IMG/VR virus record: IMGVR_UViG_3300031772_000018
Length of the DNA stretch: 20,000 nt
Direction: 5' to 3' (one strand)
From: an uncultured virus (IMG/VR IMGVR_UViG_3300031772_000018)
Lineage: Duplodnaviria; Heunggongvirae; Uroviricota; Caudoviricetes
In this document: positions 1 through 10,100 of the stretch, in pieces
Layout: each line of letters opens with the position of its first letter
Numbering within the stretch: the stretch's first letter is position 1
The notes under the pieces: model-generated
Told to the model about the DNA's origin: nothing
What the model saw: only the letters and a program-made list of their open reading frames with translations
The model's database searches: none
Made by a program: the position numbers and the translations under genes

Positions 1-2
1 TT

Positions 3-407
3 TCTGCTAGTAATCCATTAGCCATATTCGATTTGAATTCAGATTTCATATTGGATAAAAAAGAAATTAAGAATATACAGCAGCAATATAAGATAGGAAA
101 TCCTGTTTTATTGGACACTTTAAAAAGGAAAGACAATACACTTCCGCTTTCCAAGACTGATTTACAGTTTATTATTGACACATTTTACAGAAATGTAGCA
201 AAAATAGAGACAAAAACATCATTGTTATCAAAATTTGATGTGGATGGTAATTTTATGTTGAGTAAAAAAGAAATAAAGACATTAAAGAAACAGTATAAGA
301 TAGGAAATCCTGTGGTCACTTCTTTTAATACTGATGGCAAGAAAGGCCTTTCTAAAACAGAATTACTTACTCTTGAAAGGGCTATATTAACCCCTCCGTC
401 ATCATAA
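3..407 (+). CDS. 3' part of an EF-hand-like repeat protein (5'-truncated by the window)
   Basis: Frame 3 is open from base 3 (SASNPLAIFDLNSDFILDKKEI...), so the TTG at 33 is probably internal. It has two ~69-aa units with EF-loop-like 12-mers DLNSDFILDKKE, DVDGNFMLSKKE and NTDGKKGLSKTE, and a shared QYKIGNPV motif. Confidence 0.6.
   Translation, partial: SASNPLAIFDLNSDFILDKKEIKNIQQQYKIGNPVLLDTLKRKDNTLPLSKTDLQFIIDTFYRNVAKIETKTSLLSKFDVDGNFMLSKKEIKTLKKQYKIGNPVVTSFNTDGKKGLSKTELLTLERAILTPPSS
87..313 (+). repeat. 20-bp exact direct repeat TATAAGATAGGAAATCCTGT (87-106 and 294-313) marking an intragenic duplication
   Basis: Read directly from the sequence. The copies are 207 nt apart (69 codons) and in frame. 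Confidence 0.85.
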
Positions 408-442
408 AAGTTTATAATATTTGATATATATTACTGGCCGTT

Positions 443-3400
443 ATGTTACCATTTAATATATTAGAAGAAAAAGCAAATCAAGTCAACAAAATTAGTTATT
501 TGTCTGCACTTGAAAGTTCTACGGTTTTGCTTAGCGATACCAACGAATTGTTTTTTGGAAATGATGAAAATAGTAAAATTTATTTTGGCTTATTTAACAA
601 TAAGCAAGAAAAGATTTCATTTTCAATCATAACCGGTTCACACATACCACAAAATGTTCAATACAGATATGAAGATATAGATGGAAATATTTTCATAGAT
701 CAATTTTCTTATTACAAAAATAATTTTATACAAGACAAAGAAAAAAATCTTTTGATTGATATAAGTGAATCAATTAAAAGTGCTGGCAATACATCTTCTG
801 ATGTTTTCTATGTTTTGATAGATCCTATTATTGATTTATTTTCTTTTAGTTCTTCACTTTTAATAAAGGAAATAAGTAATTCTAGAAAAGAAATCAAATT
901 GGTTAAAAACTTTTCTCAAGAAAATGTAAATAGTACCGTTACACTTTCCGTTGAGGGTGAACAGATTTATCTAAATGGTTCTACTGAGGTCAATCTATTA
1001 AAAGGAATTGTATATAATATAAATGTATTAGTTCCAACTGATAATTTTGAGAAAATTGCTTTTAGTTTGACTCCTGATGGTGCGTTGTTTGTTGGTGGTG
1101 TCGCATACACAAAAAATATATTATACAAAACATCAAGAGGACAAATTGTATTAGATGCAACCGATGAAAGTTTTCCATCCGTTTTATATGTTTACAATAA
1201 CACCTTTACCAATTCTGGTGTAAAAATTAATTTCTTGGATAAGATAGATGATGCGGTTCTAAAATTAAACACTGAATTTTTAGCATTAGACGCGAAAAAC
1301 TTTTTATACAAAAGAATCTATCCATCTATGGATTATTATTTGTCTTCGTTTAATTCTAATAGAGCATTAAATACTGCCAAAAAAGAAAATGCAGAAAAAT
1401 TAAACTCATTGTATACTTTATTTAATTTAAAAAGTGAAAATCAGTTGTTTGATTTGATTAATACGATATATTACGGAGAATCATTTTTTGATAATAAACT
1501 AAGAAAGCAAATAAAATTTACTGGCATCAAAGAATACATCCTGAATCATATAAAATTTAATTATGAATTTATAGGTGATTATGCTGAATTATCCTCTCAA
1601 ATAAACGCAATAAATGTATATACTGTAGATAAATGGCTGTTGTTAATCAACCCCAATGCAACGCAAACATATTCGGATATAAAATTATACTCTGATAGTT
1701 TGTCTTTTTTAACAAATTTATTTAATAACTTTTTATTGCTATCGCAGATTTTTCTTAAAGCGGACTATATAGAAAAATTTCATTCTCCATTGAAAACCGC
1801 GCTTCATTTTGATGAAGAAAATATGGCATTGTTGTTGAATTCTAGGGTGGATTATTCAGATCCGGCCAATTTGGAATATGTTGTAAAGCTTAAAGATCCT
1901 CTATCAGATGCTTATGATGTTGGTACAGTTTGTGGCGCAGTTAATATTTCTATTGAACCATTTTTTCAAAAAATTAATTATGCACAGTTAATTCAAAAGA
2001 AGGGTATAAGATTATCTGGACCAAATTTTTCAATAAATATAAGTGATAAAACATCTCTTGATAAAGTTACAAAATATTACACGGCAGAAGAACTAAATGC
2101 TGATTATAATGTAAATAATGAAATTTTATTATCAAAAAACATAAAACAATTTAACATAGACTATACAGATTTTTCCAATTTTGTTGTGTTTTCTTCTGCG
2201 CATATTCGTGTTAAAATATTTGAAAATAAGATAATTAAATTAACATTGTTGGAACAAGATATTTTAGATTTGGCTAAAGCGGGAAATATCCCACCAATTT
2301 ATACTCAAGCAGATGGTTACAATAATACAATACAATTGAATGTGTATGGCGACAAGTTAGAGCAAAAGAATGATATTATTAATTCATTTGATTTTTATGA
2401 GTCATATCTTTACGAACAATATATTGCTGGGAATTTTGTTTATGACATAAATACCAAAAAATTTATTGAGCCAGCTGATGTTGGATTATCTAATCCAAGG
2501 ATATCAAATTATATAGATGAATTAGAAACAAATGCAATACAATACGATAGACAAAATCGAGACAGTTTAATCAGTAATACTCCAGAGTTTATTTCTGCAA
2601 ATTCTGATAATGATGAATATTTGAAGTTTTTAAGTATGGTTGGTCATCATTTTGATAACATTTATCTTTATATTGCAAATTTTAATTTATACAGAGAAAT
2701 TGGAAGTAATATAGACGATGGTTTGAGCCGTGGATTGTTAAATAACATTCTAAATTCGTTTGGCTTTAAAATTCCTCCAAGTCTTTCTGGAAATAGTGAT
2801 GAAGCAGATATTACAAATACATATTTGTCAAATACATACAATTCTGGATCTTACGAGTTTTCGTTGGATGATAGAACTAAAATAATCTGGAAAAGAATAT
2901 TAACTAATCTTCCTGTTATATACAAATCAAAAGGTACCCAAGAGGCTATAAAATACATTTTGTCTTGTTATGGTGTTCCAAGGAATTTGATACAAATAAA
3001 AGAATTTGGCGGTGGTTATAATAGGCCTATTATTGAATCGTGGAATGATGTATCTACAAATGTTTATTTGTTGGAATTTACGGGCAGCAACGATGAATAT
3101 GTAAAGATAAAAGACATTATACCTCATAAATCGGTTGATTTTAAATTCTGGCTTAATACAAGTAATTATAGTGATAAATCTATTGTTCAGTTGTTATCTA
3201 GATATAATGTTAGTGGTGATCAAGTATTTTCTTTGGGCATTATAAAGGAAAAAGAAACACTGGGACGGGTTTATGTTATATTTAAATTAGGAGGGGATGA
3301 GTTTAAATATGTAACCGATCAATTTTATTTACTTTCCGACGACATAATTGGAGTATTATTTAGAAGAAATTTGATTGATTCGAATTTTGAAAGTGTTATT

Positions 3401-5224
3401 GATGAAGGTATTATACCAACACAATATGATATTTTGGTGTGTAAAAGAAGTAATGAGTTGACCACCGATTCATTTCAGTATTCATTTTATCTTTCTTCGT
3501 CATTTAACACCATTTTTGAAATTAATAACTTTAATATTTTTGGAAATATTACATCATCGGTTACAGGGAGTGGAACATTCTTAGATATTAATTCGATAAT
3601 ACCAGGATATTCTGTTAAAAACTTTATCGGTGCATTAGATAAATTCTCATATAATCTATCTCCTATATCAAATAATACATTTTATACAAAAAACAGAAAC
3701 ATATATTCTTATTACGATGGAAGTCCATCATCTAGCTATGTGAATTCTGTCTTTAACTTTGATTTGGGTTATCCAATTGATATTAGCGTAAGTTCGTCTA
3801 CGGCAAATGGATTTTTGGTTTATAATAACAATATCAACTATTCTTATTTAACCGCATCATTGTATAATTTTGTTGGTAGTAATTATACGGAAATATTTAA
3901 TACATCTAGTTGCATGTCACAATCTGTGACGATATTTCCATATCAAACAAAGGATTTTGAAGCTACAATTAAATATGATGTAAGCGGAGTAGGACCATCT
4001 AGACTTGAAAATGTAAAAATAAACAGACATTATGAAACTAGAGTAGATAATACGCTTTCACCACATTCTTCAGTTTCACAAAAAGAATCTCAGAATTATT
4101 ATGAAGATTCCAACAAACTTGGAATATTTTTGGCGCCTACCGATGAAAGAAACAAAGATATATTGGATTTTTACGGAGACACTAACATTATATCGTCGGT
4201 AGCTTATCCCGAAGATAGATATTCATCTAATTTTCGCTATAAGTCCTTTAGACTTTTAAGAAATGATTTTTACAATTATGCTAACAAATATAAGGTATTA
4301 TTTAATGAGTTGTTTGCAATTTATAACATTTATGTTGACAGAAGTATATTTGAAACATTAAAGAATGTATTTCCAGCGCGAAATAAAGTATATACTGGAT
4401 TATTAATTGAACAAACAATTTTGGAAAGAACAAGAATACCAAATCTTCCACCATTTGTTGATAACATCAATGTGCCGACGGGTTATATAGACCTTCGGAA
4501 TATTATAAATCATATCAATGGTGGAGAATTTACAAATTTATTATCAACGAATTCAAAAATGATAAAATATCAATATGATGATTCATATGTGGAAAATAAT
4601 TATTATGGCTTCTCAGATATTAGTGACACTCCTGACAAATATCAACATGGTCTTTTCATAGAATCTGGAAGTGGTATAACTCAATATGATTCTGATTATT
4701 ATTATGTATATCTGGTTGATGTTCCACTAAAAGTTCATTACACAGATAGAATGAATTTATTGGGTACATTGGAAAAAACTTTTAAACGCGTAGAATTAGT
4801 AGAAACAGCATCGGCTTTTAATGCTTCTCCACCTCCTAATTATACTTTATATTATAAAAACTATTACAATAACACTTCGTTTAAACCATTGTCTTTTAGA
4901 AAAGAGGCTTATCCAAATTTTAATACTAATGTATTTGTTTCACCTTCGCCTTCTTGGACGGTTAAATCAAGACAAACAAGTATAACAACAATAAATCAAT
5001 CGAGAAAAACAGATAGAAGCCCGATAATATCAACTGGAACTGGTGGCGTGATTAATACTGGTCAAGTAGGTTCGACCAGTAATGTCGGTGTAACTACAAC
5101 GGGTGGTGGTGGGTCAGCTATAATTACAGGTGGGGGAACGGCTGGTACAGGCGGTTCAACTGGTGGAACAACCACCACACCAATTGGAGTGGCTAGTAGC
5201 CCAACTCCTACAATTGTGAGATAA
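443..5224 (+). CDS. Large virion structural protein, probable baseplate wedge subunit (P2 gpI / T4 gp7-like core)
   Basis: 1593-aa ORF. FLSMVGHHFDNIYLYI followed by IYKSKGTQEAIKYILSCYG (KSKGT at 2924-2938) resembles the KGT motif of gpI/gp7-type wedge proteins. A beta-rich LamG/ConA-like segment follows, then a Gly/Thr C-terminal tail. It lies in a structural gene context. Confidence 0.6.
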   Translation: MLPFNILEEKANQVNKISYLSALESSTVLLSDTNELFFGNDENSKIYFGLFNNKQEKISFSIITGSHIPQNVQYRYEDIDGNIFIDQFSYYKNNFIQDKEKNLLIDISESIKSAGNTSSDVFYVLIDPIIDLFSFSSSLLIKEISNSRKEIKLVKNFSQENVNSTVTLSVEGEQIYLNGSTEVNLLKGIVYNINVLVPTDNFEKIAFSLTPDGALFVGGVAYTKNILYKTSRGQIVLDATDESFPSVLYVYNNTFTNSGVKINFLDKIDDAVLKLNTEFLALDAKNFLYKRIYPSMDYYLSSFNSNRALNTAKKENAEKLNSLYTLFNLKSENQLFDLINTIYYGESFFDNKLRKQIKFTGIKEYILNHIKFNYEFIGDYAELSSQINAINVYTVDKWLLLINPNATQTYSDIKLYSDSLSFLTNLFNNFLLLSQIFLKADYIEKFHSPLKTALHFDEENMALLLNSRVDYSDPANLEYVVKLKDPLSDAYDVGTVCGAVNISIEPFFQKINYAQLIQKKGIRLSGPNFSINISDKTSLDKVTKYYTAEELNADYNVNNEILLSKNIKQFNIDYTDFSNFVVFSSAHIRVKIFENKIIKLTLLEQDILDLAKAGNIPPIYTQADGYNNTIQLNVYGDKLEQKNDIINSFDFYESYLYEQYIAGNFVYDINTKKFIEPADVGLSNPRISNYIDELETNAIQYDRQNRDSLISNTPEFISANSDNDEYLKFLSMVGHHFDNIYLYIANFNLYREIGSNIDDGLSRGLLNNILNSFGFKIPPSLSGNSDEADITNTYLSNTYNSGSYEFSLDDRTKIIWKRILTNLPVIYKSKGTQEAIKYILSCYGVPRNLIQIKEFGGGYNRPIIESWNDVSTNVYLLEFTGSNDEYVKIKDIIPHKSVDFKFWLNTSNYSDKSIVQLLSRYNVSGDQVFSLGIIKEKETLGRVYVIFKLGGDEFKYVTDQFYLLSDDIIGVLFRRNLIDSNFESVIDEGIIPTQYDILVCKRSNELTTDSFQYSFYLSSSFNTIFEINNFNIFGNITSSVTGSGTFLDINSIIPGYSVKNFIGALDKFSYNLSPISNNTFYTKNRNIYSYYDGSPSSSYVNSVFNFDLGYPIDISVSSSTANGFLVYNNNINYSYLTASLYNFVGSNYTEIFNTSSCMSQSVTIFPYQTKDFEATIKYDVSGVGPSRLENVKINRHYETRVDNTLSPHSSVSQKESQNYYEDSNKLGIFLAPTDERNKDILDFYGDTNIISSVAYPEDRYSSNFRYKSFRLLRNDFYNYANKYKVLFNELFAIYNIYVDRSIFETLKNVFPARNKVYTGLLIEQTILERTRIPNLPPFVDNINVPTGYIDLRNIINHINGGEFTNLLSTNSKMIKYQYDDSYVENNYYGFSDISDTPDKYQHGLFIESGSGITQYDSDYYYVYLVDVPLKVHYTDRMNLLGTLEKTFKRVELVETASAFNASPPPNYTLYYKNYYNNTSFKPLSFRKEAYPNFNTNVFVSPSPSWTVKSRQTSITTINQSRKTDRSPIISTGTGGVINTGQVGSTSNVGVTTTGGGGSAIITGGGTAGTGGSTGGTTTTPIGVASSPTPTIVR

Positions 5225-5290
5225 GAGAAAGAAAATGTGTGTTTATCTATATGTATTCATAATAGGATTGCTGGAAAAGAACAAAAAATA

Positions 5291-5322
5291 TATAAATAAA
5301 AAATATTTTTAACACTATTTAT
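5291..5322 (+). promoter_or_regulatory. Candidate late promoter elements upstream of the 211-aa gene
   Basis: TATAAATA (T4 late consensus) at 5291-5298 and TATTTAT at 5316-5322 in the 112-bp intergenic gap. The AT-rich background lowers specificity. Confidence 0.35.
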
Positions 5323-5336
5323 TAAAGGAAGATTAT

Positions 5337-5972
5337 ATGTCATATTTGGATAATAAATCAATATTTGTCGATGCGGTCTTAACAAAGAAGGGCAGAGAAT
5401 TATTGGCAAAAAATGGAAGTCTTAATATTACATCGTTTGCGTTAGCAGACGATGAAATTGATTATTCGTTGTTTGACCCAAATGCTCCATCGGCACAATT
5501 ATCTGATATCGCGTTGGTAAACACTCCTGTTTTTGAACCAGTTGTTGACGAAACACAGGCATTAAAATTTAAACTAGTTACTTTGGATGAAGGCACAACA
5601 TTTATACCAACAATAACCATTGCACAGGGAAGTATCAATATAAACTCCACCTATACGGGTAGAATAATTATATCTCCATCCACTACACCCGCAAATTACA
5701 ATTCCAATTTGGGATATACAGCTATACTTGGTAATAGCAAAGTTGGAAGTTTGATAGTGACTGTCCAAGCGCCATCATTAAATGCTGGCGCAGGAACAAC
5801 GGCGGTTTTTGCTGGTGATATAAGTTCTGCAAATTCACAAACATTAATTGGTATGGAATTTGCATTTGTTCCTTCTGCTAATTTACAAAATACAACCTCA
5901 ACAACACTAACCATTATTGGAAATGAAAGTGGAGGCGGAACAACAATTGCAGTAACAGTGACGGTATCTTAA
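5337..5972 (+). CDS. Conserved phage baseplate/tail-associated structural protein
   Basis: 211 aa. N-terminal VDAVLTKKGRELLA..GSLNITSFALADD resembles the start of tail-collar/fibre-attachment domains (P2 gpH N-terminus, DUF3751-like). The C-terminus is beta-rich and Ig-like (TTLTIIGNESGGGTTIAVTVTV). Confidence 0.55.
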   Translation: MSYLDNKSIFVDAVLTKKGRELLAKNGSLNITSFALADDEIDYSLFDPNAPSAQLSDIALVNTPVFEPVVDETQALKFKLVTLDEGTTFIPTITIAQGSININSTYTGRIIISPSTTPANYNSNLGYTAILGNSKVGSLIVTVQAPSLNAGAGTTAVFAGDISSANSQTLIGMEFAFVPSANLQNTTSTTLTIIGNESGGGTTIAVTVTVS

Positions 5973-5985
5973 AGAATTTAATATT

Positions 5986-7074
5986 ATGCCAACTTTTAAA
6001 GTATATCAACCATTTGAATCTGACGATGTAATAATCGGGAAAACTAGTAGAATTTCCAGTGGATTTTTTCCCGATGGAGATGTATATTATTCACAATCGA
6101 CATTCTTAACTTCACCATTACAGCTTCAAACTATCACTCCTGGTGGCAGTGTTTATGATATTTTAAATGGATTGTATTATACAGAAGTTTATAATGATAG
6201 TGTGACTAATTCTCAATTATTATTTAGTGTTTCATATGGTGAAGTTAATGGAAGTGGCTCTGTATTAGGTAGTCCTGTTCTTAGCACCAAAGCAACATAT
6301 TCACAATACCGAAATGTTTTACTTGGCAGTGGTGATATTGATGGTTTGTTTAGCTTTCGAACGGGTTCAGTTGGAACAAATGTATACCCAACAGGCTCAG
6401 CTATATGTATAATGAATTTTTCCGCTCAATTAATGCGGGATCAAATAGACCCAGGTCAATGGTCTGTTAATATTGGACCATATTCTTTTATTGATGAATT
6501 TCCGCTCCTAACCCCATCAGAAAGAAAAGAAAGTAGATTGGTATATGAAATTATATCCGGTTCATTTGATTCTCTTACAGGTCAAACTATTGCAGGTTCA
6601 TCGGGATACGATGCAATTGGATTATTTTATCCAAAAAGCGGAATAATGGTATTTAATGCGACATATCTGAATGATATAGTTGGTGTGGGGTTAATTCTGA
6701 ATACTCCTACTATAGATATAAATTCTTTTCAAAAAAATGATGTAGTATTCTATAATGCTTTAAAAAATGCCGGCGGACAAATGCGAATAAGAAAATCAGA
6801 GTTTGTTCCATCTACACATTATTTTGTTAGAGTAAAAAATCAAGATTTTAATTATTCTAATAATATTACTTTTGCTCATCAAGAAACAGATGTATCTGGC
6901 AGTTTTAACAAGGGGGATATTATTGATTCATTGATTGCGAATCCTATTACTTATGTTACCACTGTTGGTCTGTATAATGATGTAAACGAATTGGTAGCAG
7001 TAGCAAAATTGAGCAAACCAACGATGAAATCCTTCGATAACGAGCTTCTAATTCGTATTCGTCTTGACTTTTAA
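5986..7074 (+). CDS. Baseplate/tail structural protein, paralog of 7135..10194
   Basis: 362 aa. C-terminal YVTTVGLYNDVNELVAVAKLSKP...IRIRLDF resembles the 'IREIGL.D....LIAVA...P' end of tail-collar domains. It shares several motifs with the next gene. Confidence 0.55.
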   Translation: MPTFKVYQPFESDDVIIGKTSRISSGFFPDGDVYYSQSTFLTSPLQLQTITPGGSVYDILNGLYYTEVYNDSVTNSQLLFSVSYGEVNGSGSVLGSPVLSTKATYSQYRNVLLGSGDIDGLFSFRTGSVGTNVYPTGSAICIMNFSAQLMRDQIDPGQWSVNIGPYSFIDEFPLLTPSERKESRLVYEIISGSFDSLTGQTIAGSSGYDAIGLFYPKSGIMVFNATYLNDIVGVGLILNTPTIDINSFQKNDVVFYNALKNAGGQMRIRKSEFVPSTHYFVRVKNQDFNYSNNITFAHQETDVSGSFNKGDIIDSLIANPITYVTTVGLYNDVNELVAVAKLSKPTMKSFDNELLIRIRLDF

Positions 7075-7118
7075 TCTAAAATTTATATTATTCTCTTACG
7101 CAAATAAGTTAATAAATG

Positions 7119-7137
7119 TTATATTTATAATTATATG
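7119..7137 (+). promoter_or_regulatory. Candidate late promoter/start motif TTATATTTATAATTATATG
   Basis: Matches 10197-10215 (TTATATTTATAATTGTATG) at 18 of 19 bases. Both end in the ATG of the downstream gene. Confidence 0.55.
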
Positions 7138-10100
7138 TGGTGCGATAACACAATTGCTATTGGTGGAGAATATGTAGATTATGGACCAAATTGGTTATAT
7201 GACTATTGTAATACAACAGTTGACCCAATAAGCGGTTCGTTAATATTACTAGAATTAGGATCATTGCAGTATGTTTTAACAGATATAGACAATACTTTTG
7301 TTTTTCTTGAATCCTATTTACAAAATATTAACAATCTTCCTCTTCCCTATTTTTTACTTCCATATTACAATCAAGCTGTTAAAAACACGATTCCAACTGG
7401 TTCAACTGCGTTTCTGTTGGGATTAGAACAAGGCAGTTGGGATTTTGCTTATATTGAAGAGGGAATAAAGGTTGATAAACGCATTTTATTTAATCCAAAC
7501 AACGAACCTAGGAATGTAGATGAATCCTATAAGCGAGTTGTTTATAATCAATATAAAAATTTATATTATCCTGATGTCAAGGATCCTACTAAGATGCTTG
7601 GATTAGACAATTTAGACATTTTATTAGACAACAAGAATAGACTTTTATATGATGAAATTAAAGTTGTAACAATACCACAACTATATTTTGCTGACAGAAT
7701 AGAAGAAAATAGTGTGGAAATAGATGAAACGGCAGGAATATCTTCCTATAAAGTCATTGATGATGGATTTGGAAATTTAAAAGCAAAAGATATGTTTTCA
7801 TTTGTCATTGACGATGTTAACAAAACTATACCGGATTCTAATATCACCATTAAAAACAGAAATATGGGTTATTCTGTTTCTATAAATGATAGATGCGCAT
7901 TAATAGGGAATCCATGTTTTGAACTAACTGGGGTGGAAGGAAATGTTCAAGTTTATAAATTTAATTCACAAATAAGCAATAGATTTTTTTATGATGGAAT
8001 ATTAAAAAGAAGAACCTTTAGTATATCTGAGGCTGCGCCTTTAATAGTTAAATGTTCAGATTTCGGCAGGTCAGTAGATTTATGTAAAAATGTTGCGGCG
8101 GTTTCTTCTATATTGGCTAGATACATATATCCATCGGGCTCAAATGTAGTATATACAGACGCGGGGGTTGTAGAGTTATATAACTTAAATACTGGTTCAT
8201 ATGCTACACCAGCTTATGTAATTTCTTCATCTATTATACCATCCACATATGAAACAGGAAGTGGAACTTTTGGTTGGACAATTTCTTTAAATGATGAATA
8301 TTTGGCGATTGGCTGCCCGCACACTTATTTGTCGGGCAGTTTATCTTCGGGTAGTTACACTGGAGCAGTATATATTCTTTCTGGAAGTATAACCACAGGG
8401 TATGCATTTCATTCACAGTTGACAGGAAGTGATGTTCCCAATGATGTATTATTTGGAAAATGCTTAAAACTTGATAAAAACTATAATAAACTTGTAGTAG
8501 GAAATGGAGATAATACATTGGGATCGGGAAGTGTTTATTTATTTGAATTAACTGGTAGTGTGTGGGAGCAAACTTATAAATTTAATCCAACAAAAACAAC
8601 AGAAAATTTGAATTTCTTGCCTGTTCAACCATATACAACCATTTTAAATGACGCGGATGGGTTTGGTACATCTGTTTCAATTTATTGTTCTTCTTCAACG
8701 GATATAAAAGTTGCCGTTGGCGCTCCGTTTGATAGAACTGTTTATGAATTTAGTGGTTCAGGCTGCTATAAAAATGGGGCGGTTTATATCTACGAAAAAG
8801 AACGATGTGAAATCCATAGTGCTTCTGTATATGCCTATTCTGGTTTTGTATTTAATCAAACTAGAATTTCTGGGGATGCCGACGCGTTTAAACAAAATAT
8901 ATTTGGTTTTTCTGTTGATATGTGGGGCGATAAAGTCATAGCATCTTGTCCAAAGTATTTTTCAGAATATACCACCGATTATATCTATAATACCTTTTTA
9001 CAACCTTTCAATTTTAATGACATGGAAGAAATAAATAATGTTGGCATGTTTTATGTGTATCAAAAGGCCGACGATGGTTGGAATGTTTTTGGCAAATACA
9101 AGACTAATAAAATTTATTCACATCCATACAATTTTTACGCTTATGCAGTTTCATTATATGAAAATAATCTTATAGCTGGATGCCCAATTGTAGTAGTTGA
9201 CAATGATAATACTGTTCCAACTAATGTTTATGTTGATGAGTTAAAATATTTGAAAAATCTATGTGGAGATTTTAATATATTTAATTTAGTGGATTATAAA
9301 CAAACACATTATATTGGAAATGTGTTTTATAAAACAGGAAAAATGATAACATCAACAAGTGGCTCGGTATTTGATTTTATATTTGAATCACCTGTTAATA
9401 TTTATCCTGAATATAATATATCATTTAATAGCCGACTAAAGCTTTACCAAAAAGAAATTGTATGTACTATAAATCCTGGAGAATTTAACTATAGTACTAA
9501 TCCAACTTCATATACTTATGAACCATATTCTGATTTTGATTTAAACAGAAACGGAAGATTTGATTTTGATGATTGTGATAAATTATTAAGAATTATCAAC
9601 TTTAAATTTACATCAAATGAAAGGTGGTGGGAGCATTTTAATTATACAGATTCAAATGGGAATTTTATATTAGATGAATCTTTTGCTACAATCGAAGAGG
9701 TTGTTCCTTATAGTTTGTTTAAGTTTTATTTGAATAATAATAGACCGATGGATTCTAAGTTTGGGTCTGTGTCTGAAATTAATACTATGATTAATGCATA
9801 CGATTCTTTGTTAGACATAAATGACGACGGCGTGGCGGATTATTTAGATGTAAATTTGTTGTGGAAGTTTTTTACAACTACACTAACAATTAATAATTAT
9901 GAAGCATATCAAAACCAAAAAAGTATAATTTCAAGCCGCAATTCCTTTGATTTAATTTATGCCTATCTATTGGAGGAAACAGGAAAAAATAAACCTGGTA
10001 AGATTTTAGATAGATTTTACAGCCGGCCTATGTCAGCTTCTGTTTCCGACACCACATCTTCATATTTGGTGCCATATATAACGACAATAGGATTATATGA

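Noticed and set aside
33..35. TTG start for the first ORF
   Set aside because: The frame is open to the window edge and the TTG falls inside the first EF-like loop.
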